Under the pieces are notes generated by a model. That model had not been told where the DNA came from, did no database searches, and saw nothing but the letters and a program-made list of their open reading frames with translations. The translations under genes and the position numbers were made by a program. From Candidatus Uhrbacteria bacterium (GTDB lineage Bacteria > Patescibacteriota > Patescibacteriia > UBA9934), in the NCBI GenBank assembly GCA_018664485.1, contig JABJOE010000004.1, forward strand, positions 1 through 42,647: a stretch of 42,647 nt of DNA, written 5' to 3'. Of the stretch, positions 26,883-36,845 are shown in pieces. The number at the start of each line of letters is the position of its first letter. Position 1 is the stretch's first letter.

Positions 26883-27935
26883 ATGATCGAGCCATTTGTT
26901 ATCGGAAAAATTCTTGCACTTACAACTATCTCATTTGTTGTAGCTGTGTTGCTGACACCGGCGTGGACTCACGTATTGTTTAAGTTCAAGATGGGGAAGT
27001 CGTTGAGGCTCAAGAAGAAAGCTCCGATTTTTCATAAAATGCATGCCAAGAAAGAGGGGACACCTACGATGGGCGGAGTTCTGATCTGGGGAACAGTTCT
27101 TCTAACGATGAGTGCTTTCTTCTTACTGTCTCTCATTGATCCGACTGGTTTGTTTGGTCAGATGAACTTTCTGTCCCGTGGTGAAACGCTTCTGCCGCTT
27201 GGAGCATTGGTTGCGGCCGGATTGATTGGACTTGCTGATGATTTTTTCAACGTAAAACGCATTGGAAAAAATGGTGGAGGGATTGATATTCGACATAGAC
27301 TACTTCTGTTTCTTGTTATAGCTATCATTGGAGCTTTGTGGTTTTACTTTAAGTTGGACTGGGACCTGTTACATATCCCGTTCGTTGGATCGTTTAACAT
27401 CGGTTGGTGGTACATTCCGTTGTTCGTTCTGGTAATCGTGGGTACTTCGTTTTCTGTAAACCAAACAGATGGATTGGATGGACTTGCTGGTGGAAGCCTG
27501 GTTTCTGCCTTCGGAGCATTCATGTTCATTGCGTTTTTCCAAGAGCGTTATGAGCTTGCTGCATTCTGTGGAGTGATCATGGGGGCGCTTATCGCATTCC
27601 TTTGGTTCAATATTTATCCGGCCCGATTCTTTATGGGTGACACTGGTTCTATGTCGCTCGGGGTTACACTTGGTATTGTCGCAATGCTTACTAATACTGC
27701 CTTGCTATTACCGGTGATCGGTTTGATCTTCGTTGTCGAGGCTGTAACTACAATCATTCAGATAGTTTCTAAAAAGCTTTGGGGAAAGAAAGTATTTCTT
27801 GTAGCACCTATTCATCATCATTATGAAGCGCTAGGCTGGCCCGAACCTAAGGTTGTGATGCGTTTTTGGATTGTGTCGTGGATCGCGGCAGCACTTGGAA
27901 TAATTTTGTACCTATTGGACTTCTCGTTGGTGTAA
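26883..27935 (+). CDS. mraY: Phospho-N-acetylmuramoyl-pentapeptide transferase
   Basis: KEGTPTMGG, GLADD, VNQTDGLDGL, FMGDTGS, APIHHHYE. Confidence 0.97.
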   Translation: MIEPFVIGKILALTTISFVVAVLLTPAWTHVLFKFKMGKSLRLKKKAPIFHKMHAKKEGTPTMGGVLIWGTVLLTMSAFFLLSLIDPTGLFGQMNFLSRGETLLPLGALVAAGLIGLADDFFNVKRIGKNGGGIDIRHRLLLFLVIAIIGALWFYFKLDWDLLHIPFVGSFNIGWWYIPLFVLVIVGTSFSVNQTDGLDGLAGGSLVSAFGAFMFIAFFQERYELAAFCGVIMGALIAFLWFNIYPARFFMGDTGSMSLGVTLGIVAMLTNTALLLPVIGLIFVVEAVTTIIQIVSKKLWGKKVFLVAPIHHHYEALGWPEPKVVMRFWIVSWIAAALGIILYLLDFSLV

Positions 27936-27953
27936 TAGAAAATCTCTCCAGCT

Positions 27954-29054
27954 ATGGCATCAAAAGGACAGGTTGATCGCGTTTTTCTAGCTTATATTTT
28001 AGGCCTACTACTCTTTGGATTGATAATGCTTACCTCGGCGTCTGGTCCATTGGGATTCGATCGTTTCGGAGATAGCTATTATTATCTGAAGCATCAGTTT
28101 TTTCTGGGAGCTGTTCCGGGGCTTGTGATGTTATTTGTTGCGTCTCGTGTTGGGTATGGAACGTATAAGAAAAATGCGTTTCTTTTGCTTATCATTTCTA
28201 TTGCGCTTCTTGTAATGGTTTTTATACCAGGGATTGGTACAGACTTTGGAACATTTGCAAATAGTTGGGTTCAGTTTGGATCGTTTTCTTTCCAGCCATC
28301 TGAGCTTGTGAAGCTGACGTTCTTTATGTATTTGGCAGCATGGTTGGTAGAGCGCAGCCATGGTGATATCACAGACGTGAGGTCAGGGCTGATTCCGTTT
28401 CTGATTATTTTAGGGATAGTGGCGATGTTGATGATGCTGCAGCCGGACCTAGGGACGCTGTCTATCATCGCTGCCGTTTCGTTTATTATGTATTTCATTG
28501 CAGGGAGCCCGATTCGTCATTTGCTTGGGATCGGAGCACTGTGTATTGGAGCGTTTACGATTGCAATTAAGATGTCTCCATATCGCGCAGCTCGCTTGAT
28601 GACGTTTTTGCAGCCTGAATTGGATCCTCAAGGGATCGGTTATCAGATCAACCAGGCACTGCTCGCGATTGGGTCAGGTGGGATTTTTGGGAGAGGCTAC
28701 GGGCATTCGCTTCAGAAGTTTCAGTATTTGCCGGAGGTGGTTGGGGATTCTATTTTTGCTGTGATGGCTGAGGAGCTTGGATTTATTTTTACATTGATAT
28801 TTTTGGCGGCGTTTTTGGGGATGCTGCTACGCGGTCTTGATATTGCAAAGAATGCTAAAGATAGATTTGGAAGGTATTTGGTTATTGCGATTATTTCTTG
28901 GTTTGGCGTGCAGGCGTTTGTAAACGTGGGAGCGATTGTCGGGATCATGCCTTTGACGGGCGTGCCGCTGCCGTTTATGAGTTACGGAGGTACGGCGTTG
29001 GTTGTATCACTGATCGCAGCAGGTGTTGTGTTGAATGTTTCGAGAAAATCTTAG
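27954..29054 (+). CDS. ftsW: SEDS peptidoglycan glycosyltransferase FtsW
   Basis: FQPSELVK, QPDLGT, GYQINQALLAIGSGG, PLTGVPLPFMSYGG; between mraY and murG. Confidence 0.92.
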   Translation: MASKGQVDRVFLAYILGLLLFGLIMLTSASGPLGFDRFGDSYYYLKHQFFLGAVPGLVMLFVASRVGYGTYKKNAFLLLIISIALLVMVFIPGIGTDFGTFANSWVQFGSFSFQPSELVKLTFFMYLAAWLVERSHGDITDVRSGLIPFLIILGIVAMLMMLQPDLGTLSIIAAVSFIMYFIAGSPIRHLLGIGALCIGAFTIAIKMSPYRAARLMTFLQPELDPQGIGYQINQALLAIGSGGIFGRGYGHSLQKFQYLPEVVGDSIFAVMAEELGFIFTLIFLAAFLGMLLRGLDIAKNAKDRFGRYLVIAIISWFGVQAFVNVGAIVGIMPLTGVPLPFMSYGGTALVVSLIAAGVVLNVSRKS

Positions 29055-29058
29055 CTGA

Positions 29059-29163
29059 AAGAACCAAGCGTCAAGAAGGTAAGTACCAAACAAATATCAA
29101 AACAAAAATTGAAAAATTCAAACTCAGCAACTTAACCACTCAACGACTCAGTAACTAAGAACT
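29059..29163. repeat. Degenerate 7-bp then 8-bp periodic tandem repeats
   Basis: AAGAACC AAGCGTC AAGAAGG..., then ACTCAGCA ACTTAACC ACTCAACG ACTCAGTA ACTAAGA. Confidence 0.6.
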
Positions 29164-29226
29164 TTCCACAAAGCGAAACGCCCCACGTAGATATCGTGAA
29201 GCGTTGAGACGCGTTTGGTGGATACT

Positions 29227-29646
29227 CTATTGGCACCCGTTGCCGATGGCGGTTTTGATGGCCTTACGCGAATCGTACAGGAATTCTGTGTTCGCCTGGT
29301 TAATATTCGCAGGGTTGCCAGTTGAAAAGCCTAGGTTGATTGCGTGTAAAAGTTTCGCATCTTCCAAATTAGCACCCCCCACTTCTGCATATTTTAGATC
29401 AGCATCCTCCAGCATGGAATTGCTCATATCGGTTCCAGACAGGTCGCTACTGGACAGATCAGCTCCTCTAAGGTCGGCATGTGACAGGTTGGTTTGCGAC
29501 AGATCCAACTTCTTATTTTTGTTGGCGATGCGCCATGAGATTACAGCTAACGCGCCACTGACATTGCGGTCATTGTATGCACGGATTTGTGCAACCAGAG
29601 CATCTTTACCCATGCCCTGCCAGATAATCTCAGCCTCTTCGACCAT
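29227..29646 (-). CDS. Pentapeptide-repeat protein
   Basis: LDLSQ TNLSH ADLRG ADLSS SDLSG TDMSN...; GAGGGG SD; promoter TTGACA-17-TACGCT at 29694-29722 (-). Confidence 0.85.
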   Translation of the reverse strand: MVEEAEIIWQGMGKDALVAQIRAYNDRNVSGALAVISWRIANKNKKLDLSQTNLSHADLRGADLSSSDLSGTDMSNSMLEDADLKYAEVGGANLEDAKLLHAINLGFSTGNPANINQANTEFLYDSRKAIKTAIGNGCQ

Positions 29647-29763
29647 ATAGCACCCCTCAATATATCGTCAGGTTTATTCCAGACGAAGAGCAGAGCGTAC
29701 TAGTATTTGGCCCTTTTGTCAATGGAGGGATATAATGTTCTTACTGATTAATTAGCACGTATC

Positions 29764-30870
29764 ATGAAGGAATCTTTGCATATCTTATTTTCAGGAGGAG
29801 GGACCTTAGGGCCGGTTACGCCACTCTTGGCTGTGGCTGAAGTTTGGCGTGAAATGCTAGGGAAAGAGGACTTAAGTTCCAAGGTAGAAGATGTTGAATT
29901 TTCTTGGGTAGGTACAAAGCGTGGCCCGGAGCGTGCTTTGATTGAAGCGGCGCGGATTCCTTTTTATACATTGCACGCACCTAAGCTGGATCGTCATAGA
30001 TGGTGGCGATGGCCGGCTATTCCTTTTTTGCTTTTGTGGAGTATGTGGCGGTCATGGCGGATATTGCGCGCGCTAGAGCCCGACGTTGTTATGAGTGCCG
30101 GAGGTTACGTTAGTGTGCCGCTTGTGATCGTGGCGAGGGTAATGGGAATGAAAGTTTGGATCCATCAGCTGGATCGTGTGCCCGGAATCGCAAATCGCGT
30201 AATGGCGCCGTTTGCAAACCGAATTAGCGTCACGCTTGATGAAAGTTTAGAATCTTTTTCAGAAAAAAAACGATTAGATGTTGGCGGTGTCGTTCGTCCA
30301 CAGATTTGGCAGGGGGATATTGCGAAAGCGCGTGAACGATTTAATCTTCCTAAAAAAGATGACCGATTAACTGTATTGTTATTCGGTGGAGGGACTGGTG
30401 CCGATTCGTTAAATAAGATGATCTCTGTAGTCGGATCTGACCTATCACGCAAGGTGGACATTATTCATCTGACAGGGAAGGGGAAGATGCGTGAGGAATA
30501 TGAGAAAATTAGTGACAGGTATGTGGCTTTGGAATTTTTAGGCGCAGGTATGGCTGACGCATTTGCTTTGGCGGATATTGTTATAGGTCGCGCAGGCATG
30601 GGAACTATTATGGAACTTGCAGCACTTAAGAAGCCAAGCATTATTATTCCACTTCATAATACTGACCAGCTCGGGAATGCCCAGTTGCTTGCGGAGCGCG
30701 ATGCTGCCAAGGTGTTGCAACAGATTAATCCGCAGATTTTCAAACAGGAGGTTGAATCTTTTGTTGCGGATGATGAAATGCGGCGTGCATATAGCCGTCG
30801 TATGGGAATGCTGTTTTCTCCACGCGGGGCGGAGAAGATCGTTGTTGAGTTGATGAGATTATTGAGCTAG
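29764..30870 (+). CDS. murG: UDP-GlcNAc:lipid I GlcNAc transferase
   Basis: SGGGTLGPV, SAGGYVSVP, PGIANR, GGGTGA, RAGMGT.MEL, Q..NA. Confidence 0.93.
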   Translation: MKESLHILFSGGGTLGPVTPLLAVAEVWREMLGKEDLSSKVEDVEFSWVGTKRGPERALIEAARIPFYTLHAPKLDRHRWWRWPAIPFLLLWSMWRSWRILRALEPDVVMSAGGYVSVPLVIVARVMGMKVWIHQLDRVPGIANRVMAPFANRISVTLDESLESFSEKKRLDVGGVVRPQIWQGDIAKARERFNLPKKDDRLTVLLFGGGTGADSLNKMISVVGSDLSRKVDIIHLTGKGKMREEYEKISDRYVALEFLGAGMADAFALADIVIGRAGMGTIMELAALKKPSIIIPLHNTDQLGNAQLLAERDAAKVLQQINPQIFKQEVESFVADDEMRRAYSRRMGMLFSPRGAEKIVVELMRLLS

Positions 30871-30939
30871 GGACCTGGCTGTCCATATGTGGGCGGAGCC
30901 GCAATCCTACAGATCGCTAATAGAACATCAGCGAGAAAA

Positions 30940-30970
30940 CAAAAAGGACCTCACTTGAAGGTCCTTTTTG
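30940..30970. terminator. Bidirectional terminator
   Basis: CAAAAAGGACCT-cacttga-AGGTCCTTTTTG. Confidence 0.75.
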
Positions 30971-30979
30971 AAATCTGAT

Positions 30980-31189
30980 TTACGCAGCTGGTGCTTCTTC
31001 TGCTGCTGGAGCCTCTGCTGGCGCCTCAGCTGCTGCTTCTGCAGGAGCTTCAGCTGGTGCTTCTGCCGCTGCTTCCGCAGGCGCTTCTGCTGCTGGAGCT
31101 GCCTCTGCGCCACCGGCACAGTTAGGGCACTTTCCTTCTGCTAGTGTGTCATCAGCGACTTCTGCGCTGCAAGCTGTACAAACTCCCAT
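30980..31189 (-). CDS. Small zinc-ribbon protein with Ala/Glu/Pro repeat tail
   Basis: CTAC...CPNC then (AEAPAEAA)n; minus-strand promoter TTGACA-17-TAAACT upstream and terminator downstream. Confidence 0.7.
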   Translation of the reverse strand: MGVCTACSAEVADDTLAEGKCPNCAGGAEAAPAAEAPAEAAAEAPAEAPAEAAAEAPAEAPAAEEAPAA

Positions 31190-31343
31190 AGTGATAAAAG
31201 ATAATAATTATACATACAGTTTATGAGCTGCAAGAACTATTGTCAAAGAGGGCTTGATTTAGTTGTAAATAGATGCTATAAATTCGGCGCCCGAAAAGTG
31301 TGTGTAGTATGAATACTAAATGCGCTATCACGGGACCAAAAGA

Positions 31344-31419
31344 CCGCCGATAGCTCAGTTGGTAGAGCAAGGGCCTTTTAAGCCCGTGGTCGCTGGTTCA
31401 AGTCCAGCTCGGCGGACCA
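31344..31419 (+). tRNA. tRNA-Lys(UUU)
   Basis: Acceptor CCGCCGA/TCGGCGG, D arm GCTC..GAGC, loop CTTTTAA, T arm GCTGG-TTCAAGT-CCAGC, encoded ACCA end; A27.G43 mismatch; promoter TTGATT-17-TATAAA at 31254-31282. Confidence 0.95.
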
Positions 31420-31478
31420 GCCATTGCCGTTTAACACACGTTGAACGATGATGGCTGTTTTTTTGTTATACTGTTGGT

Positions 31479-32591
31479 GTGCGTATTGCAATGATAGGAC
31501 AAAAAGGTGTAGTGATCGGAACGCGTGGTGGGGGTATCGAGCGACATGTCGCAGAACTCTCGCAACGCTTGGTTAAGTCTGGTCATGATGTAACTGTTTA
31601 CGCCCGTGCGAAATACGATCCTGAAATGCCCGATGAGATGAGTGGTGTACATATCGAATATCTTCCAACTATTTATTCCAAAAACTTAGAAGCGATCGTT
31701 CATACGTTTGTGTCTACCGTCAAAGCAATGAGGGGTGATTTCGATGTGATGCATTATCACGGTGTCGGTCCTTCAACGCTTGCGTGGATTCCTCGATTGT
31801 TTGCAAAGAACAAAACTGTAATAACTACTTTCCACTCGCAGGATCGCTATCATAAAAAGTGGGGACTCATCGCTCGAATGTATTTGGCATTTGGAGAATG
31901 GGCGGCAGTTCGTTTCCCACATTTTTGTATAGCCGTATCTCATACCTTGCAGGTTTACTGTCGAGAACGTTTCAATCGCGAAACGGTTTACATTCCAAAT
32001 GGTGCAGAGATTAAAGTTGTAGAAGGTCATGAGCAGTTGGAACGTTTTGGGCTTAGCCCGAAGTCATATATTTTAAATGTTGGTCGGCTTGTTCCTCAGA
32101 AAGGCATTCATCTATTAATTGAGGCATTCCGATCTGTAGAAACCGATAAGCAACTTGTTTTAGTCGGCGCTCCTAGTTTTTCCAAAGGTTACTACCAACA
32201 GCTACGTGACTTAGCGAAAGGGGATGACCGTGTTCATTTTTTGGGATATCAAGATGGGGATAGTCTGGAGCAGTTATTTGCAAATGCATATTTTTACGTG
32301 CATCCGTCCGAAGCCGAGGGGTTGCCGCTCGCTGTGCTTGAGGCGATGAGCTATGGACTGGCACCACTCGTGTCTGATATTCCTGCCAACCTCGAAGCAT
32401 TGCACCATACAGGATTTACATTTCCGTCAGGTGACATTAGTGCACTTCGTGAATCTATTGTTCGTCTCTTGCAGTATCCGCAAGTTGTAACAGATCAGTC
32501 AGATGATGTTCGCGCAGCAGTAGAGGTCGAATTTAACTGGGATATGATCGCGCAGCACACCGAGTCTGTTTACGTGACAGCACGACATTAA
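31479..32591 (+). CDS. GT4 glycosyltransferase
   Basis: GGIERHV, IPNG, VGRLVPQKG, EGLPLAVLEAMSYG; GTG start 6 nt after extended -10 TGTTATACT. Confidence 0.92.
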   Translation: MRIAMIGQKGVVIGTRGGGIERHVAELSQRLVKSGHDVTVYARAKYDPEMPDEMSGVHIEYLPTIYSKNLEAIVHTFVSTVKAMRGDFDVMHYHGVGPSTLAWIPRLFAKNKTVITTFHSQDRYHKKWGLIARMYLAFGEWAAVRFPHFCIAVSHTLQVYCRERFNRETVYIPNGAEIKVVEGHEQLERFGLSPKSYILNVGRLVPQKGIHLLIEAFRSVETDKQLVLVGAPSFSKGYYQQLRDLAKGDDRVHFLGYQDGDSLEQLFANAYFYVHPSEAEGLPLAVLEAMSYGLAPLVSDIPANLEALHHTGFTFPSGDISALRESIVRLLQYPQVVTDQSDDVRAAVEVEFNWDMIAQHTESVYVTARH

Positions 32592-32642
32592 GGATTTGTC
32601 ACACACAGCTCAGCCGGAATTGGCTTCAAATATATAAACTTT

Positions 32643-35243
32643 ATGGATGAATTAAGTCGAGAGCCAGTTATCTCTTGGTCAACACACTCCGTTGCCGACA
32701 TATTTTCGGAATTGAATACCGGTACTGATGGTCTGTCGGAGAATCAGGCTACGGAACGTTTGAAAGAGGGTAGAAACGAACTTCCAAAGAAACCGCCAGC
32801 GTCGGCGATAAAGTTATTTTTTGATCAGCTCGCGAGCCCGTTGATGGCTATTTTGGTTATAGCTGGTTTGATGAGCGCATTTTTGGGTGAGTGGCTCGAT
32901 ACGACGGTTATTTTGATAGCCGTTTTATTAAATGCTGTACTTGGATTTTTTGAAGAGTATAAGGCTGATAGGTCTCTTGAAGCGTTGAGTACATTTTTGC
33001 CAGAGGAAGTTCGGGTGCGTCGCGATGGAGAAACACAATCTATAAATACTACAGAAATTGTTCCGGGTGACATCGTGCTTTTGCAAACTGGAGATAAAGT
33101 GTCTGCTGATGGACGTTTACTGCAAGCGCTTTCAATTGAGATGAACGAAGCGTCTTTGACCGGGGAGTCTGCGGCCGTTAAGAAAGAGACGGGAATTTTA
33201 AGCGAGGCTGTCAGCGTTGCGGACGAAACTAACATGGTTTTTGCAGGTACGGTTGTTGTCGCAGGTCGAGGTGAATATGTTGTGACAGCAACAGGAATTG
33301 AAACTCAGATTGGTCAGATTTCTGACATGGTTTCAAGAGTAAAAGAGGATCCAACACCTCTACAGCTTCAGCTTAAACATTTTGCGAGATTCCTTGGTAT
33401 GGCTGTGCTTGTGCTTGCAGGGATTGTTTTTGCAATTGGAATGTGGCGTGGATTTGATGCCGTCGAGATGTTCCAGGTGTCGGTAGCTCTATCTGTATCT
33501 GCGGTACCGGAAGGCTTGATTGTAGCGCTCACGGTAATCTTAGCTATCGGAATGCAACGTATTTTAAAGCGAAAGGCTTTGGTGCGAAGGTTGGTTGGTG
33601 CTGAGACTTTGGGATCGGTGTCTGTCATATGTATGGATAAAACCGGCACACTTACGACCGGTGAAATGGAGGTTGTGCTTTTTGATGGTGACGAAGAGCG
33701 GACGAAAGTGATCATGGCGGCGACTAATACGGCGTCGAGGCAAGCCATTGATTCATCTGACGAGATTAAATTCATTGGTTCTCCAACGGAGGTAGCGATG
33801 GCGCGAGCGTCACAATATAGCTCAGTTGAAAATATTCGCACATTGCATGAGCTGCCATTTGATTCCGTTCGTAAATATAAGGCTGCACGTGTAGATACCG
33901 ATGGTGATCGCAAGCTGTTCGTGATTGGGGCACCTGATCTTTTGTTGGAGCGTTTGGATGTGACTGACCGACAGCGTTCAGAGTGGATGGAGAAAACTAA
34001 CGAACTTGCAGAGCGTGGTTTGCGCGTACTTCTGGTTTGCGAGCGTAGCGATGATCAGGTTGCGGACACTCTTTTACCGGAAATGGTCATCGATCTCTCA
34101 GTTGTTGGAATTATTGGACTTGAAGATCCGTTGCGCGATTCGGCTAACGTTACGGTCAAGGAGGCTCGTATGGCAGGACTTCGGCCCGTCATGATTACAG
34201 GAGACCATCCCGACACAGCTTTCGTTATCGCAAAGCGTGTTGGGCTTGCCAACGATCCAAGTCAGGTAGTGACAGGTATAGCGTTAGATGACATGACCGA
34301 TGAGCAACTTGCGATCGAGATTAAAAAGCTTTCTGTTTTCGCACGTGTACTTCCGCGCCACAAGCTTCGACTCGTACGTGCGTGGCAGGACACTGGCGCT
34401 ACGGTTGCAATGATCGGTGACGGTGTTAACGACGCGCCTGCTATGAAGGCGGCAGATATCGGGATTGCATTGGGGTCAGGTACTGCCGTTACAAAAGAGA
34501 CTGCAGACATGGTGCTTCTGGACAATCACTTCAAAACTATAATTGCCGCCATTCGAGAGGGTAGGATCATGTTCGATAATATTCGAAAGATGATCGTTTA
34601 TTTATTGTCTGACAGTTTTAGTGAGATCATTTTGATTTTAGGAGCATTGCTTTTGAGCGTGCCGCTACCGATTCTTCCAGCACAGATTCTTTGGATCAAT
34701 CTTGTTACAGATGGATTCTCGAGTGTAGCTTTGACGTTTGAACCTGGAGAGGACGGTGTGATGCGCGAGCCTCCACGAAAAAAGCGTGAGCCATTGTTGA
34801 ACATGGAGATGAAGATAATTATTTTCGTGATCGGTTTTGTAACGGATTTAATTTTGTTTGCTGTTTACTTCTTCTTGCTTGATCAGGCTTGGGACATTGA
34901 TCACATCCGAACATTCATCTTTGTAGCGCTTGGATTAGACTCACTACTTTATGTGTTCGCCGTTCGTAAGTTCCGAAAGAGTATCTTCCGATCTAATCCG
35001 TTTGAAAATAAATGGCTCGTTGTATCAATGGCTCTCGGACTTGTGCTTCTTTTGTTGCCACTTGTATTTGCGCCATTACGCGAGTTGTTCTCGTTTACAT
35101 CTTTATCATCGTTGGAATGGGTTGCAGTTGTTGTGCTTGGGATGGTAGACCTGTTGCTAATTGAGATTGTTAAGGCGATATTTATACGTCTTCATACGTC
35201 GTCGAAGGGCGCTCGTGTTGGCGATGTTTCGCGTCAGAGTTAG
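32643..35243 (+). CDS. P-type cation-transporting ATPase (type IIA, Ca2+-ATPase-like)
   Basis: TGES, VPEGL, DKTGTLT, TGDH, GDGVNDAPA, QILWINLVTD. Confidence 0.93.
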   Translation: MDELSREPVISWSTHSVADIFSELNTGTDGLSENQATERLKEGRNELPKKPPASAIKLFFDQLASPLMAILVIAGLMSAFLGEWLDTTVILIAVLLNAVLGFFEEYKADRSLEALSTFLPEEVRVRRDGETQSINTTEIVPGDIVLLQTGDKVSADGRLLQALSIEMNEASLTGESAAVKKETGILSEAVSVADETNMVFAGTVVVAGRGEYVVTATGIETQIGQISDMVSRVKEDPTPLQLQLKHFARFLGMAVLVLAGIVFAIGMWRGFDAVEMFQVSVALSVSAVPEGLIVALTVILAIGMQRILKRKALVRRLVGAETLGSVSVICMDKTGTLTTGEMEVVLFDGDEERTKVIMAATNTASRQAIDSSDEIKFIGSPTEVAMARASQYSSVENIRTLHELPFDSVRKYKAARVDTDGDRKLFVIGAPDLLLERLDVTDRQRSEWMEKTNELAERGLRVLLVCERSDDQVADTLLPEMVIDLSVVGIIGLEDPLRDSANVTVKEARMAGLRPVMITGDHPDTAFVIAKRVGLANDPSQVVTGIALDDMTDEQLAIEIKKLSVFARVLPRHKLRLVRAWQDTGATVAMIGDGVNDAPAMKAADIGIALGSGTAVTKETADMVLLDNHFKTIIAAIREGRIMFDNIRKMIVYLLSDSFSEIILILGALLLSVPLPILPAQILWINLVTDGFSSVALTFEPGEDGVMREPPRKKREPLLNMEMKIIIFVIGFVTDLILFAVYFFLLDQAWDIDHIRTFIFVALGLDSLLYVFAVRKFRKSIFRSNPFENKWLVVSMALGLVLLLLPLVFAPLRELFSFTSLSSLEWVAVVVLGMVDLLLIEIVKAIFIRLHTSSKGARVGDVSRQS

Positions 35244-35387
35244 TAATGTTATTAGTTTTAAGGGTTTAAAGCTTTTTTGAGTATATTTTTACCGAGTCTA
35301 TGGATTCGGTTGTGTCGAGGGACTTGTTAGTGGATTCGCCTGGGGTTATACTTATGCTACGAGAATAAACAAAAATCTTGTTTTTAT

Positions 35388-36845
35388 ATGGATTTGACCA
35401 AAATTGAAAATTTTCAGGACGCTGTTGTTACGGTAATGGGTCTTGGTCGTTATAAACAGGGTAGTGGTCTTGGTGCCGCTAAATGGTTGATGCGCCACGG
35501 TGCACAGACATTGATTACCGACTGGAAGGATGAGACAGAACTTGAGGAGTCCATGGATTTGGTTATGGGATTCTACGAGGAATATCGGGAAAAGTATCCA
35601 GACAGAACTATTTACCAGCCAGTTTTCGTTTTGGGAGAGCATAGAAAAGACGATTTTATAGAAGCTGATTGTATTGTTGTAAACCCAGGAGTTCCATCTG
35701 ACTCAGAGTTTATTGTTGCCGCAAGGGAGGCGGGAGTGTCAATCGAATCAGATGTGAGTTTATTTTTCCGTTTCTGCCCGTTCCCGATAATGGCAGTGAC
35801 AGGTACGAAGGGGAAGACTACAACTACAAAAATGTTAGGCGAGATGATGAAGTTGGATGATGAGAAAACTATCGTAGCTGGAAACGTTGGTGTATCTCCG
35901 CTGGAATTTTTAGATGAACTTCTCGCAGAAAACATTGAACGTAAAATTGTTATCGAGTTGTCATCTTGGTTGCTCGAGAGTCTTCCGCCGGCATTCAAAG
36001 ATATGCATGAAGGGCCAGACATTTCCGTTTTGACAAATGTATTTCCTGATCACTTGAACCGTTACCACTCTTTTGGTGACTACGTTCATTCAAAGGAAAT
36101 TATTTTTGAGTGGCAATCATCCGAACAGCACACCATATTGAACTGGGATCAGGAGATAGTTCGATTTATGGAAGAGAAGGTGAAAGGTAAGCTGTCTTGG
36201 TGCTCAACTACGTATCAAGAGCACGAAGGGTGCTTTGTAAAAGATGGACAGATCGTTTGGCGTCATGATGGAGCGGAGCAGGTTGTTGTTCCGGTAAGCG
36301 AAGTCGCACTTAAGGGAGATCATAATATGGAAAATGTTTTAACCTCTGTGTGCGCCGCTGCATTACGAGGAGTTAGCATTGAGTCGATCGCGTCTGTTGT
36401 TCGGTCGTTTAAAGGAGTGTCTGATCGTCAGGAGCTGGTACGCGAGGTTGATGAGATTTCATATGTTAATGATACGACTGCTTCAAATCCGGGCGCTGTT
36501 ATCGCGGCATTGAAACGCTTCGGTGCTGACGGAGATATTATCTTGATTGCTGGTGGTGAGAATAAAAAGTTGGAATATAACGAGATGGCTGATGAGGTCG
36601 CAAAGACATGTAAGAACGTTGTTTTGTTCGAGGGGGATGCATCCGATCTTATTGAGAAGGGGATTGGGGAGCGTGTTCCGGTAATGAGTGGTGTAGCTTC
36701 GATGGAGCAGGCGGTTCAGGCGGCGCGTAAGTTGGCTGTGAGTGGAGACATCGTTCTTCTGTCACCCGGTGCTGCAAGTTTCAATCTTTTCAAAAACGAA
36801 TTTGATCGCGGAGAACAATTCCGTGAAGAAGTACGAAAACTATAA
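35388..36845 (+). CDS. murD: UDP-N-acetylmuramoyl-L-alanine--D-glutamate ligase
   Basis: VVNPGVP, TGTKGKTTT, ELSSW, PDHLNR, YVNDT.ASNP, LIAGGENK, LLSPGAASF..F....RGEQF. Confidence 0.95.
   Translation: MDLTKIENFQDAVVTVMGLGRYKQGSGLGAAKWLMRHGAQTLITDWKDETELEESMDLVMGFYEEYREKYPDRTIYQPVFVLGEHRKDDFIEADCIVVNPGVPSDSEFIVAAREAGVSIESDVSLFFRFCPFPIMAVTGTKGKTTTTKMLGEMMKLDDEKTIVAGNVGVSPLEFLDELLAENIERKIVIELSSWLLESLPPAFKDMHEGPDISVLTNVFPDHLNRYHSFGDYVHSKEIIFEWQSSEQHTILNWDQEIVRFMEEKVKGKLSWCSTTYQEHEGCFVKDGQIVWRHDGAEQVVVPVSEVALKGDHNMENVLTSVCAAALRGVSIESIASVVRSFKGVSDRQELVREVDEISYVNDTTASNPGAVIAALKRFGADGDIILIAGGENKKLEYNEMADEVAKTCKNVVLFEGDASDLIEKGIGERVPVMSGVASMEQAVQAARKLAVSGDIVLLSPGAASFNLFKNEFDRGEQFREEVRKL

Noticed and set aside
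31344-31440. tRNA-Lys as integration site of an island
   Set aside because: No integrase and no duplicated tRNA 3' end seen in the window; downstream genes have host-like composition.
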